Part shown: positions 49,901 through 58,700 of the stretch, in pieces
How the letters are laid out: each line of letters opens with the position of its first letter
Numbering within the stretch: position 1 is the stretch's first letter
DNA from: a virus
Strand: one strand, 5' to 3'
Virus record (IMG/VR): IMGVR_UViG_3300032020_000845
Location: 32,001-96,000 of that record
DNA: 64,000 bases
The notes under the pieces: generated by a model
Database searches by the model: none
Told to the model about the DNA's origin: nothing
What the model saw: only the letters and a program-made list of their open reading frames with translations
Made by a program: the position numbers and the translations under genes

Positions 49901-49952
49901 GGATATAAGAGACAGACTTCGAGGAATAGATTCAAAAAGAAGTTGGAGATAA
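46950..49952 (+). CDS. terL: terminase large subunit containing an intein
   Basis: Walker A GRRGSKS, Walker B LIFDEFAH, ISSP motif, nuclease motifs VVDPAS, YDQWN(S) and DDFAD. Confidence 0.9.
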   Translation: MSFKEIVDEKYKEKSELIAPMESVDALTFVTSHKWLGEKPFPSQSLILKLLYGLWKKYPIIEEEQKLIDTLKTAWNINIDLENRDINQVIEVLILVIGRRGSKSSVVSWIASFEAYKLLCKGNPQKYYKIRERHPIHILNCASDGDQAKETFNLIKDNIKKIDFFQKYIDFDKDNETEMRLFSPYDLFLNSQIRRYNETRGKGSMKKNLLRGSICIESVTTSAATKRGKAIIGLIFDEFAHFGRSKYRKRTLEVMEAPQTDHAMWVALTPSVKDFGKDGLIIAISSPAEKAGEFYTLYCLAGGMEQNESEKLPPNPKYLLLQLSTWQANPRFVKEDFVDDYSKDPVNASMEYGAHFAEPAASFLNPQRIDDMVVEGAPILLRGRSGQLYIIVVDPASTSDTYAIAWGHREDRPTEKYWIDGLKGFEPTTKRLGDGRIIIEPIDSDIVMDFLLTLIRNLNVMGKQVMEICYDQWNCKIGSAKLFTNEGMKTIEELCKENKPILVATKDGFAKAEKFYDNGVRSVVKIRTKFGYEDVGTKNHPFWTKKEWQCIGDLKVGDEVAIQPSALFNKCSTISVNRAIIYGYLTSEGQCSGNNTIIGFSNIEKDILDDYCFLFEQEFGKVPHRRLINKKFYKTRKDSRGNIVLEDTAALWSKEITEELRKHEVLGTSFTKHVPKPIREGSKEVCCAYLSALFEGDGTIGFYPQKNTKYGQTDTYICYDSRSEDLVKDVHLILLNLGIISSRMTGIQVGKPVHRITIRGKNIDRFAVLIGFRGKRKKARLEKVLDHRRPLKKFRVKSYLDNDNIFWDKIISIEEMPPERVYDITVPGKHSFVVNGFITHNSIDSIRTLRKMKLPAFETTFTNPYKGVIYGTFLEKLNQGQMCCYEIDPDPAENWVAKLKLELKYLQKIISGGTTYYAAPTSGPVTTDDFADCCANLVYRLSSRKEMSSKTIRELHKQLGSPIPLGRVINPQKGGPIWGGKKKEDIRDRLRGIDSKRSWR
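48372..49472 (+). mobile_element. 367-aa intein with LAGLIDADG homing endonuclease
   Basis: starts at Cys (CKIGSA), block B TKNHPF, GYLTSEG and SALFEGDG, ends VYDITV...NGFITHN followed by Ser. Confidence 0.95.
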
Positions 49953-49970
49953 AAATTGGAGAAATTATAA

Positions 49971-50153
49971 ATGGCAACAAAAATTGATTATGATAAGGAA
50001 GCAGATGTTTTGTATATTACTTTGGGAACTAAAGAACCTTCTTATTGTGAAGAAGTTGATGATATATTGTTAATAGAAAAAGGTTTTACTACTAATAAAA
50101 TTACTGGATTTCGTGTTTTAGATTTTAAACATCATTTAAAAAGGAAATTATAA
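49971..50153 (+). CDS. DUF2283-like small protein
   Basis: IDYDKEADVLYI...ITGFRVLDF. Confidence 0.75.
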   Translation: MATKIDYDKEADVLYITLGTKEPSYCEEVDDILLIEKGFTTNKITGFRVLDFKHHLKRKL

Positions 50154-50384
50154 ATGCCAATGGAAGATATTCCGTTTGCAATACAAGAACATATAATGTT
50201 AGAAATTACTTATATGAATCAAAAGGGAGAAACATCTACAAGAACTGTGGAACCCTACGAAATAAAGGACGGATATTTTTTCGCTTGGGATATTGCCAAA
50301 GATGGTATCCGATGCTTCTTTCTATCTCCAAGCGTTCTTTTGGATGTCAAATTATTAGAGACGCGTTTTATTCCAAGATTTTAA
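50154..50384 (+). CDS. stand-alone WYL-domain protein
   Basis: ITY....GETSTRTVEPY....YFFAWD......RCF. Confidence 0.8.
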   Translation: MPMEDIPFAIQEHIMLEITYMNQKGETSTRTVEPYEIKDGYFFAWDIAKDGIRCFFLSPSVLLDVKLLETRFIPRF

Positions 50385-50416
50385 AAAAAACCTTTTAACG
50401 AAGTAAGGAGGAAGTC

Positions 50417-51106
50417 ATGCCGAAAGATAAGAAGAAACAAACAGATCCAACAGCTTTAGTTGAGAAGCAGGAAAGTAAAGATTTAAAGGAAAATACTATT
50501 GTTATCATCAATGGTCAAAAACTTGATCCAAAAGAATTACAGTCGCTTACAATTCAGTATTTAGATGGCACGTTGGTAGTGGAACTTACTACTATTACTG
50601 AAATGCAAAAAACGTTTACTTCTGCTCCAGATTCCCATACCCAAAGCGTAGATTCACATACATTATTAAAGTCATTGGTTCCACTTAATTTAAAGGTTGA
50701 AAAGGCCCCTTCAACTAAAGGCATTAGTATTACAAAAACTAAAGGTCCAGAAGTATATCCATTAGATGAAGATGGTCTTTTGAAGCTTAGTGCTATGAGT
50801 ACTCTTAGAACTAATAAGAAGGATGATAGCAACAATCCAGTTTCAAAACTTAAACTTGTGTTGACTAAAAAGGCATTACAAAATTATGATATTGTGGAAA
50901 ACCTACAACTAACTACAGACGATTTCAATATAACAGATGTTACTAGTATTTCTTCTGCTTTAAATGATTTGGCAGTGCTAGAACAAAAAGTCCAACGAGA
51001 TCCGATGGTTGTAAAGGTTGTGGAAGTTTCAAGTCCAAAAATTGTTATTACAGAAAATATATTTCACTTAACTGAAAAATTTAAATTATATAAGGTGAAA
51101 GAATAA
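50417..51106 (+). CDS. hypothetical protein
   Basis: ORF with AAGGAGG RBS. Confidence 0.65.
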   Translation: MPKDKKKQTDPTALVEKQESKDLKENTIVIINGQKLDPKELQSLTIQYLDGTLVVELTTITEMQKTFTSAPDSHTQSVDSHTLLKSLVPLNLKVEKAPSTKGISITKTKGPEVYPLDEDGLLKLSAMSTLRTNKKDDSNNPVSKLKLVLTKKALQNYDIVENLQLTTDDFNITDVTSISSALNDLAVLEQKVQRDPMVVKVVEVSSPKIVITENIFHLTEKFKLYKVKE

Positions 51107-51313
51107 ATGACAAAAAATGATAAAATAGCCGAAATCAATGCTATTTTACAGCAGTTGGATGAAGAAGAGGTTTGCAACATTAAAGATATTTTAAAAGATA
51201 TGTATAGTTTTCCGTATGGACATATGTCTATTGATGTTCATAGTGGTCAAATAATAAATTGTAAATATACAAAGGAGAAGAGATTTTCTTTAAAGAAAAA
51301 GAAGGAGAACTAA
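51107..51313 (+). CDS. small DUF2292/YezD-like protein
   Basis: YGHMSIDVHSGQII. Confidence 0.45.
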   Translation: MTKNDKIAEINAILQQLDEEEVCNIKDILKDMYSFPYGHMSIDVHSGQIINCKYTKEKRFSLKKKKEN

Positions 51314-51317
51314 ATAA

Positions 51318-54300
51318 ATGATAAAATTAGGTAGTGAACCGAATTGGGTTTTTGCAGATCTTGATTTGATTTCTGAATTACTGGTTGAAAATAATATTCC
51401 TATTGAACATCCAAATTACGAAAAATACAAAGATTATATATTAGGCAAGTTTGAAGGAACGTGGTTTGTTTCTCCAGAGGAAATGGAAAAGGCAGTTCTT
51501 CAATATATTCCAAAAACAGCTTCTTTAAATTTTCGAAAAACAGCTGAACCTGAAACCCTTCAAGAAAATTTCTACGAACCAGGAAAGTCCGATGAATATC
51601 CAAAAGGACCTAAAAAACCTCGCTTACGCTTTCCATTTTATAATTATCCAGATGATCAAGGAAATATAATTAACATAAAACCTGATATTTCTAATCCAAT
51701 GGAATATGATACAACTCCAGGACCTCATCCTCAAGGACCTGGAATATGTGGAAGTTTAAGTATGAAAAAGAGAGCACAATCTAAAGGTCTTCTTACCTAT
51801 AAAAAGCTTACGGATATTATGATGGTAGTGAAAGATCTTCAGCAGGTTGACTCTTTAGACTCTGACGAGGTTGAAGACCTTGCTGAAAATCTATATAATA
51901 TTTTTGGAAATGATATATTGTCGGGAGCAATCTTAGCGGCGCATGAAGATAAAGCTTCTAGGTTTATACAAATGATAGGAGAGTATTTAGCTTTATCAAC
52001 GAAAATAGGGTTGAAACCTTTAACTAAAGAGCTTTTAGAGAGTTTGATTAAGGTTTGCCAAGATCCAAGTAACCCAAAACATCAGATAAAGAAAGTTCCT
52101 TTGGAAGATGTTTTTGAACCTAAGAAAGAAGAAGATGAATTTGAGGAAACTGAAGAAGAGATAGGTGAAAGATGGAAAGAAAAAGAAAAACAGATTCTAC
52201 CTGAAAAAAAAGAACTCTCTCCAGAAACAATGGAAGTTCCCTATACCTTTCTACGAGACAAATACACTGAAGATGAAATATGGGATATAGCTAGAGGTAG
52301 AAAAACTGATGTATCTCCAGAAGAAATAGAAATGGCTAAATTTGTAATTGAGAGAGGTATTGTAGCCGGTAGATTGGGAATGAGAAAAACTTCAACAACT
52401 GTTTCTGAACCAACTCCTGATGAATCATTACATGAACAACAAGGAGAACATCCAGGGCATACTTATTTTCAAGGAAGAGATGAATGGGAAGATAAAGAAC
52501 CTGATCAGGGGTTTGATATATTATTTCCAGAGAAGGTAAGAATAAAAAGGGATCCTTGGCTTTTTGAAGATAATCCAGTATCTGAAATGACTGCAAGTAG
52601 ATTAAATATGAGAAAGAAAGCTTATATTAATTTAGATAATTTAAAAAGATTATATGAAGGACAATTAAAACATCTTGGAGTTTATGATAGAGAATTAATG
52701 GAAGAAGTTAGAACAGATTTATTAGTAAATTTAGAGAATTTGATAAAAAGTACATTTAAAAAGTATAAAGGTTGGGAAGAAGAAGATATTCCAGCGGATC
52801 TTGAAGTTATTCAAGAATATGTTGATGGTTTAAAACAATCGCTAAAAAAAGATTCAGATTTAATGGTAATGATTGATTCGACAGTGAATGTTATACATCA
52901 TTTTTTTGAGGATCATGGAGAACATTATTTGCTTTCTGAGATAGTTAATCCTAGACAAATTGAAAGGGCAGAAGAATTACTTGCTACTATTTTTTCGCAA
53001 GTTAGTGAAAAATTGGAAGAAAAAGAAGAAAAACCAAAACCTTCCATACCTAAAAAAGTTCCTTTTGTTGATAAACGAGGTAATCCTCTTAAAATAAATG
53101 ATATTGTATTTGCAAAAGATGAAGGATATTTTGGTAAATATGGAAGAATTGTATCCGTTGATCCTGAACCAATATATCTTTCTGATTTAGAAAAGTGGAC
53201 TTATTCTATGTATGTAGAAACTACAGTAACAGAAGAAATGTTGGCAACTGAAGTAGTGTTAAGTAATGATATTGATAAGGATTCTATTGCGGTTGAGGCT
53301 ACTAATCATATTCTTCAATTGGTAAAGAAAAAAGCATTTGATGTGAACAGTGCTTTTGATGTAATATTAGATGAATTGTATATTGTTCTTGATCAAGAAA
53401 TGATTCAGAAAATTAAAAATAATTTATATGATGAAGGGATAGATATAGAAAAAGAAGCTAAAAAATTATTGAGTGTAAGAAAAAATAATTCAACTTTTCA
53501 ATTAAGTATACGAAAGAAAGCAATTATTTCTCCATTGCAACTAAAAAAGTTGTATGAATTAGAATTGTTATATAGAAAAGGAAATTTTGGTATTGAAGAG
53601 CAACTCGACAAATTATCAGAATATATAGTAAAAGAATTAATAGAGTTTTTAAATGATTGGTTACAATTTTATATTGCTGAGGAAGGACTAAATGAAGAAG
53701 CAAAAGCAGCAACAAATAGATTAGAATCTTGTAAACAAGAACTCGAGAATGCTTTTGATATCGATTCAAAAATAGTTGCAATAGATACTACTATAAATAC
53801 AATGCATGTTGATTATGATGTCTTTGAACATTTAATTATGACATTTGAAGAATATGCAGAAAGGGAATTTAGATCAAATAGAAAAGAGATACAAAAACAC
53901 TATCAAGTATGGGATTCTTTGAAGACTTTTCTTCAGGAACAGGGTAAACTTACTGAAAGAATTTTTGAAAATAGATTAAATATGAGAAAAATAGCTCTTG
54001 ATCCTTTAACTCAAAGAGAATTATTACAAACTGGAATATTATTTCCATCTCCGGAATTTATAGAAAAAATGAACCTAAAAAAGGAAAAAGATAAAGAAGA
54101 ACAAAAAGATAAATATAGAAGTTTTCAAAAACCTTTTGAACTAAAACATGAAAAAGGTTTAAAAGAAACTATACGAAAGAATATTGAGGAACAATTTATT
54201 ATACCTCAACAACTAAAACTTCGATTTGACAAATTTGCGCAGGAATCCCCTAGAACCTTGGGGCCTCAAATAACAAAACAAAAAATAAGAAGATTATATG

Positions 54301-55757
54301 AACAAGAAGCTAAAGGTATTTATGATGAAGAATTACTGGATGAAATTATTTCAGGATTTTTAGTAACTTTAGAAAGTTGGGTTAATTTTGAAGAATACAA
54401 AATAAAGTATCTTTTGCAATATGTAACTGATGATAGTTATGATCTAATTAGAGAAGCAGAAGATTTAATTCAACCTTTACACTCAGCAACAACTCCACAA
54501 GAGAAAATGATTGCAATAGATACTGTAATAAATATTGTTCATCAAACGGGAAAATATGGAGAGTATTTGATAAAAGGAATAGACCCTGGAGATTTATCCT
54601 TTTTTGATGACCTAAGTAATTTGAAAGTTAGTAGTTTAAGTTTAAAAAGAATTGCTCAAATTACAGAAGTTAACATTGGAGATGAAGTAGAATTTGACAC
54701 TACTCGTTATTTTCGAGTTGGTAGAAGTAAACAAGGAGGAGTTTTAAAAGGTAAAGGAATTGTTAGAACGAAGAATGAGGATGGTTCATATGATATTGAG
54801 ATAACAGAAATAACTAATGCTCATATAGATATTGCTCATATATTTAAACCTGGGCGTACTACTCCCTTTTTGGTAGATGAAATAAAAGCATTTGTAAAAC
54901 CAAAATTTGAGCCTAAAAAAGAAATTCCAACTCCTGTCGAGGAGCCTAAAATTGAAAAACCTAAAGAAGTAAAAGTTGAACCAGAGAAAGTTCCTGTTGA
55001 AAAGCCTATTATTTTTGAGTTAGCAGAACCAGAAGAAGAAGAAATTCCAATACCTGTTGAAGAGTTTGGAGAACCTGAACCAAAAAAACTAAAGAAAAAA
55101 TTTCCAACTTGGAAAGAATTGGGGCAAATTGTTTGGGAGTCTTTTAAAAGACCTGTGACAAGACCTTTTGGTAGTATATTAAATATGAGAAAAGCTAATA
55201 AAATATCAGGCCGAAAACTCCTGTCTGTAGGCTTATGGGCTATTTATAATGGAGAGATATATAGTAAATTAGAAGATGTGAATAAATACGAGGGACATGA
55301 AAATTGGTTTGTAGAATTAGGTTTACCTGTGAAAGGAACAGAATACGATTATATTACTCGTGGTATTTATAGACCAGATAGAATAGTATGGTATGAAGGT
55401 ACTGGAACTTTTGAAGAATTTTCTGATAATATTGAAGAGTTAAGAAAAAAGTTAGAATTACCGGAGAATGTTAAAATTGAATCTGCCCCGGGTTTCTCAG
55501 AAATAAAAAAAGCTGAATTAGATATGAGAAAATCAGATATACAAAAAGATGTTCCTATTGAAAGTGCTTCTCCTATATTTAAACCTGAAGATACAATTAA
55601 GAATAAATCAATGGAAGAAGCTACATACAAAGTAATGGAATATGATCCAAAGGTTGATGAATATTTAATTGTTGGTGGTGTTAAAGATAGAATAATAAGA
55701 GTAGATCGAAAAACATTGGAAAATATTTGTGACTTAGTTGAGGGGGAGGGGAAATGA
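51318..55757 (+). CDS. giant modular protein 3 with recurring L-x-M-R-K-x-A linkers
   Basis: 1479 aa; about 11 linker motifs; repeated helical and WAIYNG modules. Confidence 0.82.
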   Translation: MIKLGSEPNWVFADLDLISELLVENNIPIEHPNYEKYKDYILGKFEGTWFVSPEEMEKAVLQYIPKTASLNFRKTAEPETLQENFYEPGKSDEYPKGPKKPRLRFPFYNYPDDQGNIINIKPDISNPMEYDTTPGPHPQGPGICGSLSMKKRAQSKGLLTYKKLTDIMMVVKDLQQVDSLDSDEVEDLAENLYNIFGNDILSGAILAAHEDKASRFIQMIGEYLALSTKIGLKPLTKELLESLIKVCQDPSNPKHQIKKVPLEDVFEPKKEEDEFEETEEEIGERWKEKEKQILPEKKELSPETMEVPYTFLRDKYTEDEIWDIARGRKTDVSPEEIEMAKFVIERGIVAGRLGMRKTSTTVSEPTPDESLHEQQGEHPGHTYFQGRDEWEDKEPDQGFDILFPEKVRIKRDPWLFEDNPVSEMTASRLNMRKKAYINLDNLKRLYEGQLKHLGVYDRELMEEVRTDLLVNLENLIKSTFKKYKGWEEEDIPADLEVIQEYVDGLKQSLKKDSDLMVMIDSTVNVIHHFFEDHGEHYLLSEIVNPRQIERAEELLATIFSQVSEKLEEKEEKPKPSIPKKVPFVDKRGNPLKINDIVFAKDEGYFGKYGRIVSVDPEPIYLSDLEKWTYSMYVETTVTEEMLATEVVLSNDIDKDSIAVEATNHILQLVKKKAFDVNSAFDVILDELYIVLDQEMIQKIKNNLYDEGIDIEKEAKKLLSVRKNNSTFQLSIRKKAIISPLQLKKLYELELLYRKGNFGIEEQLDKLSEYIVKELIEFLNDWLQFYIAEEGLNEEAKAATNRLESCKQELENAFDIDSKIVAIDTTINTMHVDYDVFEHLIMTFEEYAEREFRSNRKEIQKHYQVWDSLKTFLQEQGKLTERIFENRLNMRKIALDPLTQRELLQTGILFPSPEFIEKMNLKKEKDKEEQKDKYRSFQKPFELKHEKGLKETIRKNIEEQFIIPQQLKLRFDKFAQESPRTLGPQITKQKIRRLYEQEAKGIYDEELLDEIISGFLVTLESWVNFEEYKIKYLLQYVTDDSYDLIREAEDLIQPLHSATTPQEKMIAIDTVINIVHQTGKYGEYLIKGIDPGDLSFFDDLSNLKVSSLSLKRIAQITEVNIGDEVEFDTTRYFRVGRSKQGGVLKGKGIVRTKNEDGSYDIEITEITNAHIDIAHIFKPGRTTPFLVDEIKAFVKPKFEPKKEIPTPVEEPKIEKPKEVKVEPEKVPVEKPIIFELAEPEEEEIPIPVEEFGEPEPKKLKKKFPTWKELGQIVWESFKRPVTRPFGSILNMRKANKISGRKLLSVGLWAIYNGEIYSKLEDVNKYEGHENWFVELGLPVKGTEYDYITRGIYRPDRIVWYEGTGTFEEFSDNIEELRKKLELPENVKIESAPGFSEIKKAELDMRKSDIQKDVPIESASPIFKPEDTIKNKSMEEATYKVMEYDPKVDEYLIVGGVKDRIIRVDRKTLENICDLVEGEGK

Positions 55758-58700
55758 CTTTATTTATGAGAAAGAAAGCAGGGATTGAAACTCATGAATA
55801 TAGATTTAAACAATTTCACAACCATAAAATTCCAGCATATACTTTTATTGGATATCAAGAAATTCCTTCTGGTGGGAAAATGTTGATGTTTAATTGTAAT
55901 ATTTGTGAGAGTACCTTAATGTTATTTCCAGAAGAAGTTAAAGCTAATATAGATAGAATTTCTGGTTTGCTAGATGATTGGGAACAAGTTGTTAGTAACA
56001 TAAAAAAGGCTAATGAATTTACATCCATAGAAAAAGAATTTGTATTAAAATTTGTAAAAGAATTTGAAAGGATGAATGACGCTAAAGAAATTTATGAGGA
56101 ATTAGTTAGTGATACATTTATGTTTGAACTGACAAATCATTTGGAAGAGGATTTAGGCATTTCAAAAGAGGATAGCAATGATTTTGCTCTTGCTATTTAT
56201 AATCGATTATATTCGGATTATCGTGTATTTACAGAAGTTCCTTTTCAAAGTGTTGGAAGTTTAAGGTTTGAGAATATAAAGAAAAATATAGATAAAGTAA
56301 AAATTTCCACAAAATATAGAGGTCCTGTTGTATCAATTTTAGAAAGTATTGCTCCGGCAGTTTGGAGTGCTTCTGGTTTAAAAGAGGCAAAAGATATAAT
56401 TATAAGTACAGTTTCAGGTTCTCATATTGATGAAGATGATAAACAAAAGATTTTAAATAATGTTGATAAAATTAACAATTTATTAGAATTGCAAAAGTAT
56501 ATTGCAAACTCAATTTTGTTTTATGAAGGAATGGGGACAAAGTTAAGTATGCGAAAGAGATCTCAAATAGATAAACAACTATTTTTTGACTTTTATGGAG
56601 TATCTTTACTGTCAGATAATTACTTAGAACAAAATCCTTACGCAAAACAATATAGAAATATGATTGTACAAAGTATAAAAGATGTTTATGTTCCTCTGAT
56701 TACTAAAATGGTTTATAGTGAACTTAGAAAACATACTGATCGCATGTATAATTGGGAGGATTGGATAGAAGAATTTAATCTTAAAAATGTCAATAGTCTT
56801 ACTTTAGAACAACTAGCTCAAATATATAATGAAGGAGTCTGGGTAACAGAATATGGTGGTCCCTCTTGGGGGTCTATTGTTGAATCTCTAATTCAACTTA
56901 AAAATACTTCTGATACTAATCAACTCATAACTGTTATAGATCATATCAATGATATTGAACACAATACTGGTTTAATGTTTCACGATTTTCCGAAAGTCAA
57001 AAAGTGGTTTTCTGATGCTTTAGAAACTAAAGCTCAAGCAACTCCTGAACAACTTATACCTTATCTTTCTTCTGATTTACAAAAATTAGTTATAGAAGAT
57101 TTAAGATTAAAAGGAAAAGAAATTATATCTCCCGAAAAATATATTACAAGAGATGAAAAATTTGAACTTGCCCAAAATCCATCAACTCCTCCAGAAATCT
57201 TAGCTGAATTAGCAAAAGATAAAGATGAATTTGTTCGTATAAATGTTGCAGGAAATCCAGAAACACCTCCAGAAATCTTAGTAGAATTAGCGAAAGATAT
57301 AGATAAGTATGTTCGTATACGGGTGGCTTATAATCCCAATACCCCTCCCGAATCATTAGTGGAATTAGCTAAAGATGAAGATGAAGAGGTTCGTTTGTAT
57401 ATTAAAAGAAATCCTTCTACTCCTCCTGAAACTTTAGCAGAATTATCAAAAAATACATTAGAGTGGGAGCGTCCTGAAATAAAAGAAGAAGAAAGCTTTA
57501 ACTTAAGTATGAGAAAAACATCAATTTCGGACCAAGAAATTATTAACAATACTATTTTCTATTTCACAAAAGAAAGAATAGATTTACCGAAAACTGAAAC
57601 ATATATTTATGATTATCTTCTAAATCAACATCCAGAATTAAGTTCTTGGGAAATAGAAAGACTTACACAAAAAGTATTAAATATTTTACCCAAACCAGTT
57701 TTAACAAAAGTTCATAAAACAGCAAAAGTGTTTACTATGGGAACTCCAGATACTTTTGAATCTGGGTGGGCAATATATCAAGGAAACATTTATATAAATT
57801 ATGGTAGGGAGGAACACCATTCTCAATGGTTTGAAAAATTTGGTCTTCCTACTTCAGGAAAGGCTTTTGACGAGTTAGTTCGAGGGTATTCTGAAGGCGG
57901 AAGAATTGTTTGGTATGGAACTGGAGATTATAATGAGTTTGCAGATTATTTACCAGAATTAGTAAATGCTTTAGGAATATCAGATCCTACTATACAAATG
58001 ATTGATTATACAACACAAGAATTTAAAACTTTAGCAATGAAAAAGGAAACATCTATCCTCGATTACCCACATAAATATTTAGATTCTGAAATATGGGATT
58101 TGTCAACTGATCCTCCAAAACTAAAAAAAGATATTAAAAGTTTTATTATGAATCGTTTTATTGATTACTTGGTAAAAGAAGGATTAAATAGTCCAGAATT
58201 GTGGTGTAAGGAATTTTACTATACAGGGTCAACTGCTACACATCAATATCAAAAATCTTCTGATATAGATATTCATATAAGAGTCGATTGGGAAGCATAT
58301 AAAAAAACTAATCTAGATAAAGCAAAAGAAGATGCTGAAGAAATGCGTAAAGATTTGTTAAAAGTGTTTTGGAATACTTTAAACAAAGAATATCTACCTG
58401 GAACTTCACACCTTCTTACATATTATATATTGTCTGAATGGGAAGATGTAATGACACAAACGGAAGAAGCATATGATATACAAAAAGATGTTTGGATTGT
58501 TCCTCCTCAAAAAATACCTGAAACATATGACACAGAACAAAAAATAGATTTACTACAAGAACAAGCAAACTACATTATGGAAAAATTAGATGTGGAATTA
58601 GGTAAAACAAAAAGAGATTTTGTTGACTATAAGGTTTTAAAAGAGCTATTAGGTTCTTACGAAGGAAACAAAGCAGATATTCAAAGATTAGTAGAAGAAA

